From: an uncultured Planctomycetota bacterium
GTDB taxonomy: Bacteria > Planctomycetota > Planctomycetia > Gemmatales > Gemmataceae
Direction of reading: 5' to 3'
Length of the DNA: 64,000 nucleotides
Assembly (NCBI GenBank): GCA_963849325.1
Contig: CAWKHF010000012.1
Location: 1,248,001 to 1,312,000, forward strand
Under the pieces are notes generated by a model that saw nothing but the letters and a program-made list of their open reading frames with translations, did not search any database and was not told the origin of the DNA. The position numbers were made by a program, and so were the translations under genes. Positions 53,434 to 64,000 of the stretch are shown in pieces. Numbering within the stretch: position 1 is the stretch's first letter; each line of letters begins with the position of its first letter.

Positions 53434-56400
53434 CTACTTCAATCCCGCCAGGAACTCCACCAGATCGCGTATCTCCGAGCGAGATAGGTGCTTGGTCAAA
53501 TCGTCCGGCATCGCCGACTTGCCGGTCTCGCGCTCCTCGATTTCGTCCTTGGGCACGACGAGGAGTTGCCCCTCGGCCGTCATCAGTCGGACCTCGCGGA
53601 CGTCCTCCGACTTGAGTACGCCCGTGCAGCCCTTGCCGCTCTTGAGCGTCAGTACCACCGTGTCGAAGCCCTTGGCGATCTGCTTGTTCGGCGCGACGAT
53701 CGACTCCAGCAAGTAATCGCGTTTCTGCCGGGCACCGACGCCCGTAAGGTCGGGGCCAACGTCGCCGCCGACACCGTGGACCTTGTGACAACGCAGGCAC
53801 GAGACCTCGGCCTTGGCGAGGAAGATGCGCCGACCCGCCTCGGCGTCGCCGCCCACCAGGACGTCTTGATAGGGACTTAGCGGATCGTTCTTAACCGCTG
53901 TAGCCTCATATCGTTTCAATCGATCCTTGATGGCCGGTGTCGGATGCCGTTCGGCCGCGTCCACGAGATCGAGCCGTGCCTCCGCCGGCACCTGGCCGGC
54001 CAGCAACTTATCGAGCCACTTCGACAACTCGGACTCGACGCGCGGCCCCTTCATTTCCCCCAGGATCGCAAAGGCGCCCTGGCGCTCGCTCATCGAACCG
54101 TTCTCCAACGCACGACCGAGTTCGGTCAGCGCCTCCTCGGGCCGAGCGTGGGCGAGTAAGCGACGGCCCTCGGTGCGCACGCGCGGGTCGGCGTCTTTCA
54201 GGGCCGAGTGCATCGCCTTGTCCAGGCTGCCGTCGTGTAGCGACTCCAGCGCCCGCAGCGCCTCGACGCGCATGGCGGCCGGCCGCTTGCCGTCGGCGGC
54301 CAGGGCGAAGAGGACCGGACCTACCTCCTTGACGCCGAGGCTGGCAGCAACCTTGGTCGCTTCCTGTCGGACTGCGTTGGGACCGGCGAAGATGCCGGCC
54401 AGCGAGTGCTTGATCGCCTCCGTGGCGATCTTCGCGTCACGCGGATGGAGATCCTGCGTCAGGCCGGTGACACGGTTGCGCCGCGGCGGCTGCGCCCACA
54501 AACCGAGCAACTTCAGCGCCTCGACGCGCATCTTCTCCGGGGCGTCGGGGCGGGCGGCGTAGGCGGCCAGGGCTGTGGCATTCTCGGTCTGTCCCAGGCG
54601 GAAATGGGAGTTCAGCGCCCGCAGGACGAACGCTTCCGGCATCCCCGGCCGGTGGAGTCGTTCCGCCAACGGCTTGCCTGCGAGCGGGTCATCCGCCAAC
54701 GAGTCATGGAGGACGCGCGCCGCTTCCACGGCGATCCGCGGTTCCGGATCATCCAGAAACGGCCACACGACAGGACTTTTCTTGTGCCGCAGGGCGAGAA
54801 CGGCGGCCAGACGCACGGACGCGGAGGGATGCTTGACCGCGTTCACCAGCTTCTGGCCATGATGGAGAGCCATCACTCGCGCGGCGGCGTGACGCAGGTA
54901 GGGGTCGCGGCCGGCGTTGTCTTCCAACAGACGCACGACGGCGTCCCACATTTTGTCCTCGCCTTGCTTGAATTGGAAACGAGCCGGACGTAGGGTCAGC
55001 GACAGGGCCGCCTGGAAACGAACGCGCGGCTCCGGATCATGGAGCAGAGGCACGAGAACCTGCGATTCCGCTTCCTTCAACCAGCCGAACGCGCGCGCCG
55101 TTTGGCGACGCACCTCCGCATCGGGGTCGGCCAGAAGTAATCGCAGCGTTTCAACCACTTTCTCGCCACGGCGGCCGAGTTGCCCCAAGCCCCAGATTGC
55201 GTGCAGTCGGGCGAGAGAATTCTTCTCCTCCTTCGCCACTTTCGCCAGCAGAGGTATCGATGCCGTTCCCCGGTCGGCCAAGGCGAACTGCGCTTCCTGC
55301 CGTACGCGCAGGTCGGCATGTCCCAGCAGTTGGACCAACTCCGCATCGGGGCGGCGCTCGAACCCTTCGGCTAGGAGTTTTTTCACTTCGGCGACGGCCG
55401 GCTTCTTCGCCGCCTCCGCGTCGGCGAAGCGATAGATGCGGCCCTTGCCGGTCAGACCCCAGCCCTGGACCCAATCGCTGACGTAAAAGCCGCCGTCCGG
55501 CCCGAAGTCGCAATCGGTGGCCAGAATCGACCCGATGTATTCGTGACCGTCGGCGACTTCATACGACGCCCCTTTCGGCTTGACGGCGAAAGAGTAAAGG
55601 CTGCTGCCGCCAGCGTTGCCGCGAAAGTCGCAAACGAAGAAGTGATCGGCGTAACGCGGCGGCAGCGCCGTCGCCCCATAGTTGAAGCAGAAGCCGGATG
55701 GGCCGGAGGTGATGTGCGCCAGCGGCGGCACGACGTAGGCCGGTTGCTCCGGGTTGGGCAGGTGCCAGATTTTCTCGGCGTTCCACGGGCCGCGGTTGCC
55801 GAAGTCGCTGCCGTACTGGTAGCCGGTGCGCCAACCGCTGTCGCCGCCCTCGACGACTTGGACGAGCCGGGCGCGGTCGCCGGAGTCACTGTTGTTGTCC
55901 ACCGTGAACAGGTCGCCGTGAGCGTTGAAGGCCAGTTCTTGCGGGTTGCGCAGCCCGATGTGTACTACCTCCAGGTTCGAGCCGTCCGGCTCGCAGCGCA
56001 GCACGGCGCCGGTATCCGGGTAGAAGAGCGTCGTACACTCCTTCGTTCGCACGTTCAGGCCACGGTCGCCGATGGAGAAATAGAGCAAGCCATCCGGCCC
56101 CATGCGCAGACCGTGCATGTCGTGACCGACGAAGGCGACGTGAACGCCGAAGCCGGTCGCCAGCGAACGCCGCACGTCGGCCTGTCCGTTCCCCTTCGTG
56201 TCGCGCAGCAGCCACAGGTCGGGGATACAGGTGTAATAGACGCCGCCCTTGTGGGCCAGCACGCCGGCGCCGAGGCCGTCGGCGGCGTGATGGAAGCCGT
56301 CGGCGAACACCATCGCTCGGTCGGCGACGCCTGCTCCCTTCGTGTCCTCAAGGAGACGAATGCGGTCGTGCTCGGTCTCGTAAGTCCGAAACTGGTCCTT

Positions 56401-56766
56401 GAGGTGCTTGCGGTACATGGCGACGCGATCGGCGACGGTGCGCGCGGCGAGGTCGTCGTCGAGCCAGCTCATGTGGCCGCGATTGTCGGTGACGCCGTGG
56501 TGCATGCGGAACGTCTCGGCGACGTAACAGCGGCCCTTGTCGTCGAAACAGAAGGACACGGGGTTGGCCAGCAACGGCTCGGCAGCCCACACGCGAGCCT
56601 CGACGCCCGGCGGCAGGCGCATGCGCTGGATTGCCCGGATCGGCTCGCCGGAGGCCGGGGCGACATGCGGCGAATAGGGTTGGGCCGCAGGCTCGGCGGA
56701 CTCGGTCATCCCGGACAGGGAGAGGGCGCCGAGGATGAGGAGGGAAACCGCGATCGTTCGATACAT
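53434..56766 (-). CDS. PVC-type membrane-bound dehydrogenase-like protein with beta-propeller, HEAT repeats and C-terminal heme c domain
   Basis: WAAEPLLANPV, GLRNPQELAF, HEAT repeats, CLRCH...VGPDL, LLESIVAPN, SAMP. Confidence 0.88.
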   Translation of the reverse strand: MYRTIAVSLLILGALSLSGMTESAEPAAQPYSPHVAPASGEPIRAIQRMRLPPGVEARVWAAEPLLANPVSFCFDDKGRCYVAETFRMHHGVTDNRGHMSWLDDDLAARTVADRVAMYRKHLKDQFRTYETEHDRIRLLEDTKGAGVADRAMVFADGFHHAADGLGAGVLAHKGGVYYTCIPDLWLLRDTKGNGQADVRRSLATGFGVHVAFVGHDMHGLRMGPDGLLYFSIGDRGLNVRTKECTTLFYPDTGAVLRCEPDGSNLEVVHIGLRNPQELAFNAHGDLFTVDNNSDSGDRARLVQVVEGGDSGWRTGYQYGSDFGNRGPWNAEKIWHLPNPEQPAYVVPPLAHITSGPSGFCFNYGATALPPRYADHFFVCDFRGNAGGSSLYSFAVKPKGASYEVADGHEYIGSILATDCDFGPDGGFYVSDWVQGWGLTGKGRIYRFADAEAAKKPAVAEVKKLLAEGFERRPDAELVQLLGHADLRVRQEAQFALADRGTASIPLLAKVAKEEKNSLARLHAIWGLGQLGRRGEKVVETLRLLLADPDAEVRRQTARAFGWLKEAESQVLVPLLHDPEPRVRFQAALSLTLRPARFQFKQGEDKMWDAVVRLLEDNAGRDPYLRHAAARVMALHHGQKLVNAVKHPSASVRLAAVLALRHKKSPVVWPFLDDPEPRIAVEAARVLHDSLADDPLAGKPLAERLHRPGMPEAFVLRALNSHFRLGQTENATALAAYAARPDAPEKMRVEALKLLGLWAQPPRRNRVTGLTQDLHPRDAKIATEAIKHSLAGIFAGPNAVRQEATKVAASLGVKEVGPVLFALAADGKRPAAMRVEALRALESLHDGSLDKAMHSALKDADPRVRTEGRRLLAHARPEEALTELGRALENGSMSERQGAFAILGEMKGPRVESELSKWLDKLLAGQVPAEARLDLVDAAERHPTPAIKDRLKRYEATAVKNDPLSPYQDVLVGGDAEAGRRIFLAKAEVSCLRCHKVHGVGGDVGPDLTGVGARQKRDYLLESIVAPNKQIAKGFDTVVLTLKSGKGCTGVLKSEDVREVRLMTAEGQLLVVPKDEIEERETGKSAMPDDLTKHLSRSEIRDLVEFLAGLK

Positions 56767-56929
56767 GGGGGTCGGACTCGGGTGGGAGGCGAATTCGGGA
56801 GTGTTACGCGGGAAGACCTACTTTTCCAGACTACCTCGCTTGCCCCCGGCTGACAAGCCCGTTGCGCGTGCGATTTTGGGCTTGCACGCGGCGAAGGGGT
56901 TGCTATTCCACCCTCTCCCGGAGAACAAC

Positions 56930-56935
56930 TATAAT
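56930..56935 (+). promoter_or_regulatory. Candidate -10 box for guaB
   Basis: Perfect TATAAT about 30 nt upstream of the guaB ATG in a GC-rich context; -35 box not clear. Confidence 0.45.
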
Positions 56936-56967
56936 GCCGAAGAAAGCCCTCTCTCAAGGAGCCCCCC

Positions 56968-58443
56968 ATGCAGGATCGGATTGCCTATCAGGGCATCACC
57001 TTCGACGACGTTCTCCTCGAGCCCGGTTACAGCGACGTGTTGCCCCGCGACGTAGACATCCGCACCCAACTCACGCGCAACATCCGCCTCAACCTGCCCA
57101 TCATCTCCTCGCCGATGGACACGGTGACGGAGAGCGACCTGGCCATCGCCCTGGCTCAGGAAGGGGGCATCGGCATCATCCACAAGAACATGACCATCGC
57201 CGACCAGACGCGCGAGGTGGACAAGGCCAAGCGCAGCGAGAACGGCATCATCACCGATCCCATCACGCTGCCGCCCGACGAATCGGTGGGCACGGCCCGC
57301 CGCATCATGGAGCAGAACAAGATCAGCGGCGTGCCCATCACGGTCAACGGCTACCTCAAGGGCATCCTGACGCGGCGCGACCTGCGCTTTTTGACCGACA
57401 ACAACCAGCGCCTGGCCGAGGTCATGACGCGCGACAACCTGGTGACGGCCACGGAGAATACGACGCTGGAAGCGGCGGAACGGATTTTGACGGAAAACAA
57501 GGTCGAGAAATTGCTGCTGGTTGACGATACCTATAAACTACGCGGTCTGATCACCATCAAGGACATCGACAAGCTGACCAACTTCCCCAACGCCTGCAAG
57601 GACCAGCGCGGTCGGCTGCGCGTGGGGGCGGCGGTCGGCGTACACGATTACGAGCGGGCCGAGTCGCTGATCCGGGCCGGAGTGGACGTCCTCGTCGTCG
57701 ATTCGGCGCACGGTCACTCCGCCAACGTGCTGGACACGGTGTCCGAGATCAAGCGACGCTTCACCATCGACGTCATCGCCGGCAACATCGCCACGGCCGA
57801 CGGGGCGCGGGCCCTCGTGGAGGCCGGCGCCGACGCGGTGAAGGTAGGCATCGGCCCCGGGTCGATCTGTACAACCCGCGTGATTTCGGGAGTTGGCGTA
57901 CCGCAGATAACGGCGATCTCTCAAGCGGCTAAAGGCGTGGCGGGGGCGGTGCCGATCATTGCCGATGGCGGCATCCGCTATTCCGGCGACATCAGCAAGG
58001 CCTTGGCCGCCGGCGCCCACAGCGTCATGCTCGGCAGTCTGCTGGCCGGTTTGGCCGAAAGTCCGGGGCAGATGATTATCTACAAGGGACGCAGCTTCAA
58101 GACGTATCGGGGCATGGGTTCGATCGGCGCCATGGTGGCCGGCTCCAAGGACCGCTACCGCCAGGAAGAGGGCGTGCGCGACAAGCTCGTGCCGGAAGGG
58201 GTCGAGGGACGAGTGCCCTACAAGGGGCCGCTGGCCCCGTTCATTTACCAGCTGGTCGGCGGACTGCGGGCCGGCATGGGGTACTGCGGCACACGGAATA
58301 TCGAGGAACTGCGCATGCGCAGCCGCTTCATCCTGGTGAGCGCGGCGTCGGTGCAGGAGAGTCATCCCCATGACATCGCCATTACGCAGGAAGCGCCCAA
58401 TTACAGCTCGCGCGCCGAGTACGGCAGCCCGGACGGCATGTAG
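56968..58443 (+). CDS. guaB: IMP dehydrogenase
   Basis: [18 protein letters not shown] pair, [26 protein letters not shown]. Confidence 0.98.
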   Translation: MQDRIAYQGITFDDVLLEPGYSDVLPRDVDIRTQLTRNIRLNLPIISSPMDTVTESDLAIALAQEGGIGIIHKNMTIADQTREVDKAKRSENGIITDPITLPPDESVGTARRIMEQNKISGVPITVNGYLKGILTRRDLRFLTDNNQRLAEVMTRDNLVTATENTTLEAAERILTENKVEKLLLVDDTYKLRGLITIKDIDKLTNFPNACKDQRGRLRVGAAVGVHDYERAESLIRAGVDVLVVDSAHGHSANVLDTVSEIKRRFTIDVIAGNIATADGARALVEAGADAVKVGIGPGSICTTRVISGVGVPQITAISQAAKGVAGAVPIIADGGIRYSGDISKALAAGAHSVMLGSLLAGLAESPGQMIIYKGRSFKTYRGMGSIGAMVAGSKDRYRQEEGVRDKLVPEGVEGRVPYKGPLAPFIYQLVGGLRAGMGYCGTRNIEELRMRSRFILVSAASVQESHPHDIAITQEAPNYSSRAEYGSPDGM

Positions 58444-59193
58444 CCTGCTCGCCCTTCTGGCCGGCGGCGTCGCGTCCGCCCAGACGCTGAAGCCGTATCC
58501 GAACGTGACCCCCTACGCCGCCGCGCCGGCGCCCTCGGCCGAGCTGGGACCGCCGCAGCGCATGGAGCCGACGGCCACGGCGCCGTTCCCGTTCGCCCAG
58601 CGCAGCCCCCGGCCGGAGGACAGAAGTTGCCGGGCGCGCCGCTGCCGCCGCGCGGCGGCATCCTGACCCCCGAGGCCGGCCTGGAAATAGAGCAAGCCGC
58701 CCCCTACACCATCCAGCTCGAACCTCCCGGACTCGAACGACTCGCGCAGTCGGTGCAGTCCGACGCCCAGCTCCAGGAGCGCATCCGCCAGGAGAACCGC
58801 GAGCGCAAGACGCCCGAGCGTGTCACCTTCCCGATGGACCCGGTCCTGTCGCGGGACACCTACCACGGCCGCAAGTGGGATCCCATGAAGCTGGAAGTCG
58901 CGCCGTACTACGTCTGCCACGGCCGGCTGTACTTTCAGCAGATCAATTTCGAGCGCTACGGCTGGGGTCTCGGCATCCTGACGCCGGTCTTATCCGCCGG
59001 CACCTTTCTCTGGGACTTCGTGACCTTCCCCTACCAGTTGGCCATGGAGCCGTGCCGCTGCTTCGAGTACAACACCGGCTGGTGTCTGCCCGGCGATCCG
59101 GTTCCGTTGCTGCTCTATCCGGTCGAAATCAGCGCCACCGGGGCCGTCGCCGAGATCGGAACCATTCTGACGCTGGTGGCGGTCTTCCCGTGA
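58370..59193 (+). CDS. Putative secreted/outer-membrane-associated protein (frameshift near 58610), start overlapping guaB
   Basis: Signal-like [15 protein letters not shown]-terminal [15 protein letters not shown]...PGDPVP reads as a folded domain. Confidence 0.6.
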
Positions 59194-59220
59194 GGGCGAG
59201 CCGCAGGGCAAAAGCCCTAT

Positions 59221-59275
59221 CCGAGCCGCGACCGTTAGGGAGCGAGGACCCCGCTCCCTAACGGTCGCGGCTCGG
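59221..59275. repeat. Palindromic element, family C
   Basis: CCGAGCCGCGACCGTTAGGGAGCG...CGCTCCCTAACGGTCGCGGCTCGG; arms identical to the 46078 copy. Confidence 0.88.
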
Positions 59276-59393
59276 TAGCTTACGCTGCGGGGTCGTCCGA
59301 CAAGGAACCGAAAAAAGAGTTGCAGACCGCCTCGCGGGGAGGGATGATCGGGCAGCGGATACCCCGATTTCGTTCCCCACGAGAGCCATCCTC

Positions 59394-60852
59394 ATGAGAC
59401 CCCTCTACCTCGCTGCCGGAGTCTTGCTGACGCTCGCGGCCTCCCGTTCGCCGTTGGCGTCGGCGGAGAAACGACCCAACATCCTGTACATCATGGCCGA
59501 CGACCACGCCGCCCACGCCATCAGCGCCTACGGCAGCCGGATCAACCAGACGCCCAACATCGACCGCATCGCGCGGGGCGGCATGCGCTTCACGAACTGC
59601 TTCGCCACCAACGCGATCTGCACGCCGAGCCGGGCGGCCATCCTCACCGGCAAGTACGCCCACATCAACGGCGTGCCGGTCTTCAACCGCTTCGACGGCA
59701 GCCAGCCGACGCTCGCCAAGTATCTGCAAGCGGCCGGCTACCACACCGGCATGATCGGCAAGTGGCACCTCGGCAGCGAGCCGACCGGCTTCGACTACTG
59801 GAACATCCTGCCCGGCCAGGGCGTCTACCACGACCCGGTCTTCCTCGACATCGAGCGGCCGCCAGAAACACAACGGCTATTGCACCGACCTCATCGCCGA
59901 CTTCTCGCTGTCGTTCCTGGAGAAACGGCCGAAGGACCGGCCCTTCTTCCTCATGTGCCATCACAAGGCGCCGCACCGTCCCTGGCAGCCGGACGAGAAA
60001 CATCGCAAACAATGGGAGAACGTGCAGGTGCCCGAGCCGGAGACGCTCAACGACGACTACGCCACGCGCTCCGACGCGGCCCGCGAGGCGACCATGCGCA
60101 TCGACCGCGACCTGAAGCCTACCGACCTCAAGCAGAAACCGCCCGAGGGATTGACCGGCGCGGCGCTGAAGAAGTGGAAGTACCAGCGCTACATGCGCGA
60201 CTACCTCGCCTGCGTCGCCTCGGTGGACGACAACGTTGGCCGGCTGCTCGACTATCTCGACAAGAACGGCCTGGCGGACAACACCATCGTCATCTACACC
60301 TCGGACCAGGGCTTTTTCCTCGGCGATCACAACTGGTTCGACAAGCGTTTCATGTACGAGGAATCGCTGCGGATGCCGTTCCTGGTGCGCTGGCCGGACG
60401 TGGTCAAGCCGGGCACGGTCAACGACGCCATGGTCCTTAACGTGGACTTCGCGCCGACGCTGCTGGACGCCGCCGGCCTGAAGGTGCCGGCCGACATGCA
60501 GGGCCGCAGTTTTGTGCCGTTGCTGCGGGGCGAACAGCCCAAGGATTGGCGCACGGCCATGTACTATCGCTATTACCACTATCCCCAGGACCACCGCGTT
60601 CAGCCCCACTACGGCATCCGCACCGAACGCTACAAGCTCATCTATTTCAACAAGATCGACCAGTGGGAGCTGTTCGACCTGCGGAAAGACCCGCACGAGC
60701 TGAAGAACGTCTACGCGGACCCGGCCTACGCCGATACGGTCCAGACGCTCAAGACGGAGATGTACCGTCTCAAAAAGGAGTTGAAGGACGAGAACCAATT
60801 CGAGAAGGAACTGCCCAAAAATGGCGTCGGTGCGCCGGGGAAGAAGAAATAA
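59394..60852 (+). CDS. Formylglycine-dependent sulfatase (frameshift near 59860)
   Basis: [49 protein letters not shown]. Confidence 0.93.
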
Positions 60853-60875
60853 GCGTCGGTTGTAAAAGGTATCAA

Positions 60876-60926
60876 TCCGAGCCTGAAGCGTAAGCGAAGT
60901 TCCTTCGCTTACGCTTCAGGCTCGGA
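60876..60926. repeat. Palindromic element, family D
   Basis: TCCGAGCCTGAAGCGTAAGCGAAG-ttc-CTTCGCTTACGCTTCAGGCTCGGA. Confidence 0.85.
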
Positions 60927-61003
60927 CATACTCTTCCTCCTCGCTGGGCACGCCACTTGCACAGAGATAAGATGCCCGCACTTTCGCCGCGAAGGAGCAC
61001 ATC

Positions 61004-61207
61004 ATGCCGCAGAAACACAGCCAGCCGCTCGACGACGTCTCCTCGGCTCCCGAATCGGGCACCGTCTGCGACGACACGAGCGGAAACAAGCCGTCTGACC
61101 GAGGCTGCAATCCAGGGCAAGGTCGCGCTGCAAATAATCAAGGTGGGCAACGGCCCAACCCCTCCCAGGAGAAAGACGATCCCGCCATCGCCGGCGAGGA
61201 GCGGTGA
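61004..61207 (+). CDS. Small hydrophilic hypothetical protein
   Basis: Good RBS (GAAGGAG) before the ATG; 67 aa, disordered-looking. Confidence 0.45.
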   Translation: MPQKHSQPLDDVSSAPESGTVCDDTSGNKPSDRGCNPGQGRAANNQGGQRPNPSQEKDDPAIAGEER

Positions 61208-61230
61208 CACGCGGCCGGCGAGGACGTCCC

Positions 61231-61530
61231 ATGAGCAAGCACGTTAGTCGCAAGCAACGCTGGAACCGGGACGACGCGCAGCACTACTCCTCGACGCTGG
61301 GTCGAGTCTTCTATGAGCGGACGGGTTGGTACGCCCTCCTCGATTACCGGACTTTGGCTCCCTCGGAAGGCGAGAAGAGACTGCCAACCTGGATCACCCG
61401 TCATCAACGTCTCGGACCTTTCAAACGCCCCCGTAACGCGATGATTGCCCTGGAGCGAGAAGCCACCACACTTCGTAACCGCCACGGCACGGACATTCTC
61501 TTCTCGACCTCCTCCGAGCCGGAAGCGTAA
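61231..61530 (+). CDS. Hypothetical protein
   Basis: RBS GAGGA; globular-looking sequence (GWYALLDY...LGPFKRPRNAMIALE); stop lies inside the family D arm. Confidence 0.6.
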   Translation: MSKHVSRKQRWNRDDAQHYSSTLGRVFYERTGWYALLDYRTLAPSEGEKRLPTWITRHQRLGPFKRPRNAMIALEREATTLRNRHGTDILFSTSSEPEA

Positions 61531-61889
61531 GCTTTGAAGTTGCGCCGAACGCTCGTTGAGTATTGTTGGTGGAGAACAAGGGACCGCTTTCCGCGGGTTA
61601 GGGCGGGTGATAACGTCACCCGTAGCCAACAACTCCATCCCCGGGAGCCGAAGCTCTCTGCGAAGGCAGAAGAAAGCGCACCGCCATGCCTGCCATTGCT
61701 TTATCTTCGGCCTGCTCATCGCGCCGGTCACCGGCACGCGGCTGCCCGGCGTGCGCAGCTACTCCAACCGCGAATACGGCCGGCAGCGGGCCGCTACCGC
61801 GCGGTGCCATTGGAACCGCGTCGCCCGGCCTGACTCGCGGCGTACCATACGAGCGTTCAGCGCAACTTCAAAGCTTACGCTTCCGGCTC
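61516..61889. mobile_element. MITE/REPIN-like element bounded by 41-bp inverted repeats (family D-related)
   Basis: GAGCCGGAAGCGTAAGCTTTGAAGTTGCGCCGAACGCTCGT at 61516-61556 and its reverse complement with one mismatch at 61849-61889. Confidence 0.55.
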
Positions 61890-62079
61890 CGATGGCGTGT
61901 CCCTTTCGATGACCGGACGGAGGAGGGGGTGGAGGTGGGAGAACGCGCCGGTCGCTTTTCGGTTCCATCCCCGGCCGCGGAGGATTGCTCGGCCGGGAGG
62001 AAGTGTTTTCCGGCTGGCCGCAACCGGCTGCGACAGCGAGCAACAACAAAGCCGTCCAGCAGCGGAGACGGGTCGTCAT
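61759..62079 (-). CDS. Small Pro-rich lipoprotein accompanying the DUF1559 gene (3' end uncertain)
   Basis: MTTRLRCWTALLLLAVAAGC lipobox; the frame reads into the inverted-repeat element. Confidence 0.6.
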   Translation of the reverse strand: MTTRLRCWTALLLLAVAAGCGQPENTSSRPSNPPRPGMEPKSDRRVLPPPPPPPSGHRKGHAIGAGSVSFEVALNARMVRRESGRATRFQWHRAVAARCRPYSRLE

Positions 62080-62092
62080 CGCAGGCGCTCGC

Positions 62093-63085
62093 TCAGTTGC
62101 CGATCTGATCGAAATTGACCACCGCGCCATCCGACCAGCCGGACGCCGCGATGTAATTGGTATACGCCGGAGTGCCGGGAGCGATGCCCTTGCGGATGCT
62201 GCGCACCGCGCCGTCGCCCATGCTGAACTGGATGATGCCGCTGTGCTTGCTGTTGAATTCAGCCACCGCGGTGTCTCCCGTTCCGGCGGTGCCGTAGGCC
62301 GTCGGCAGCGAGCCGGTGCCGATCCAGGCGGGAGCGTATTGCCGGGGTCCGACCTCGACATCGTCCAGCCATTCGCCGAACATCAAGGTATTGCTGCTGC
62401 CGTCGCCGATCGTCACCTGGTGCAGGCTGACGCTCGAACGGTTGCAGAAGATGCCCGCGTACTGATCGACCGAGCCGTTGTTGATCTGGCCGCCGTAGCC
62501 GGCGACGCCGACGTAACTGGTCCGGCCCAGGTTGCCGCCGCCCTCGGTGATGCCGAAGCCACCGATGAACAGGTCGAATCCCTGTCCCGTCCGAAAGGTT
62601 TGCGTCAGGATGTCGGTTTGCACCGTGTTGGAGTAGGGATCGTCCGCCGGACACAGGTACGTCTTGACGCGCGCCTGGGCCGCCGCGTAGGTCGAACTGT
62701 AGTTCCACCACGGCGGATAGACCTTGCCGGGGTTCAGGTAATCCGCCGGCAAGCCCTGCATCAGGGCGCGATAGGTGTTGTCCTCTTCAACGTAGGGCAG
62801 CAGATACGTCAGCAGGCCGATGAACTGGGCGTTGAACGGGGGCACGCCCATGCCGGTATCGGGGTACGGCCCGAGCTGTCCGGGTGGGAGACAATTGTAG
62901 GTATCGGCGTAGTTGTGGGCGGCCAGGGCCAGCTGTTTGAGGTTGTTGCAGCACTGGGTCCGGGCGGCGCCCGCCCGGACTTTCTGGACCGCCGGCAGAA
63001 GGAAGCCGATGAGGACGCCCATGATGGCGATGACGACAAGCAGTTCGATCAGGGTGAATCCCGAGCGCCGGACGGTGCGGGCCAT
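62093..63085 (-). CDS. DUF1559 prepilin-type N-terminal cleavage/methylation protein
   Basis: [48 protein letters not shown]9-DG motif ([12 protein letters not shown]). Confidence 0.93.
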   Translation of the reverse strand: MARTVRRSGFTLIELLVVIAIMGVLIGFLLPAVQKVRAGAARTQCCNNLKQLALAAHNYADTYNCLPPGQLGPYPDTGMGVPPFNAQFIGLLTYLLPYVEEDNTYRALMQGLPADYLNPGKVYPPWWNYSSTYAAAQARVKTYLCPADDPYSNTVQTDILTQTFRTGQGFDLFIGGFGITEGGGNLGRTSYVGVAGYGGQINNGSVDQYAGIFCNRSSVSLHQVTIGDGSSNTLMFGEWLDDVEVGPRQYAPAWIGTGSLPTAYGTAGTGDTAVAEFNSKHSGIIQFSMGDGAVRSIRKGIAPGTPAYTNYIAASGWSDGAVVNFDQIGN

Positions 63086-63124
63086 GCATTCTTCCTTGGA
63101 CAGAGGGGTAATCGAATCCGAACA

Positions 63125-63171
63125 CCGCTTGCGGCTTAGCGTTTGCCGCTGGCCCGTTAAGCCGCCAGCGG
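63125..63171. repeat. Palindromic element, family B (degenerate)
   Basis: CCGCTTGCGGCTTAGCGTTTGCC...TAAGCCGCCAGCGG upstream of DUF1559. Confidence 0.7.
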
Positions 63172-63447
63172 CTTCGTGGACAGACGCGGAGTCATCCGGA
63201 GACAGCGAACCGGGATAGGAGGAACGAGGGACGCTGCTCGGCGGCTTGGGGGCATGGTAGTGTAGCCGATCCCGGCCCGTGAGCAAGCCACAATGATAGG
63301 TCGTTACTCCATTACAATCCTCACTATAGTAGCGGAGAAATGGCCTCGCAACAAAAATCCGTCCGGAAAGGCGCTTTTTTTCGTTTTTTTGTTTTTTTCG
63401 AGGGTGGAAGGGTTCGCCCGGCGGGTGTCGGCGAGAGGAACGTCGTG

Positions 63448-64000
63448 ATGCGTGTACTGTTGACGGGTGCGAGCGGGCAACTGGGCGGCTACCTGCTGCG
63501 CGAACGGCTGAGGCAGGGAGGGGAGGTCGTGGCCTGGAGCGGGGGGCGGTGTGGCGAGCTGTTCGGCCATCCTTTGCGTCCGGTGGACCTGGCCGACGTG
63601 GATGCGACGGCGTTGGCTTTCCGGGAGGCGCAGCCGGACGTGATCGTTCATGCGGCGGCGCGGGCCGGCGTCGCTGACTGTCACCGCGAACCCGAACGGG
63701 CCGAGCAGGTCAACACGCGCGGCAGCGCCGTTCTCGCCGAGCTGGCCGACCGCGCCAAGGTCCGGCTCGTCCACGTGTCCACCGACATGGTGTTCGACGG
63801 CGAGCGCGGAAACTACCGCGAGGACGACGCCGTTGCACCCCTCTCGATCTATGGCCGTACCAAGGCCGAGGCCGAGCGTGCCGTCCTCGCCTACCCGCGC
63901 AACCTGGTCGTGCGTCTGAGCCTGCTGTTCGGCCCGTCGCTGGTCGGCCGGCCAGCCTTCTTCGATCAACAGATAACGGCCTTGCGCGAGGGCCGGCCCA
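63448..64000 (+). CDS. dTDP-4-dehydrorhamnose reductase-like SDR (RmlD family), 3' end outside window
   Basis: Manual translation: [13 protein letters not shown]...IVHAAA...[10 protein letters not shown]...[13 protein letters not shown]. Confidence 0.88.
   Translation, partial: MRVLLTGASGQLGGYLLRERLRQGGEVVAWSGGRCGELFGHPLRPVDLADVDATALAFREAQPDVIVHAAARAGVADCHREPERAEQVNTRGSAVLAELADRAKVRLVHVSTDMVFDGERGNYREDDAVAPLSIYGRTKAEAERAVLAYPRNLVVRLSLLFGPSLVGRPAFFDQQITALREGRP

Noticed and set aside
63340-63400. Possible riboswitch or terminator in the T-rich intergenic stretch
   Set aside because: No convincing stem or recognisable aptamer consensus; more likely a divergent promoter region.

Overview
High-GC bacterial genomic DNA that looks like Planctomycetota, probably Gemmataceae-like. 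The basis is gene content: three DUF1501 genes, two PSCyt/DUF1549/DUF1553 genes, a DUF1559 prepilin-like gene, an ECF sigma-WD40 fusion and a PVC-type heme protein. Many genes between about 16.9 and 60 kb carry single-base frameshifts, most likely long-read or consensus errors. In order, the window holds: the end of a glycan locus (fcl-like, two tandem GT-C-like membrane proteins, a GT2-GT2-GT4 fusion, a GT2); a DUF1553/DUF1501 pair; a 10-kb co-directional candidate small-molecule biosynthesis/export operon (thioester-reductase-SCP2-hydrolase fusion, EhpF-like adenylating enzyme, MqnD-like protein, class III aminotransferase, lipoprotein, ABC exporter); ECF sigma-WD40; xseAB; an arginase-family gene; a second DUF1553/DUF1501 pair; secreted low-complexity proteins; sucC and sucD separated by a two-gene cassette; an M20 hydrolase; selA/selB; a VapBC-like pair; GmhA-like and ROK genes; an esterase; a heme protein; guaB; a sulfatase; DUF1559 with a lipoprotein; and a partial rmlD-like gene. 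At least five families of palindromic REP/MITE-like elements occur, often overlapping stop codons. No rRNA, tRNA or CRISPR array was recognised. All family assignments come from motifs read by eye, not from database searches.
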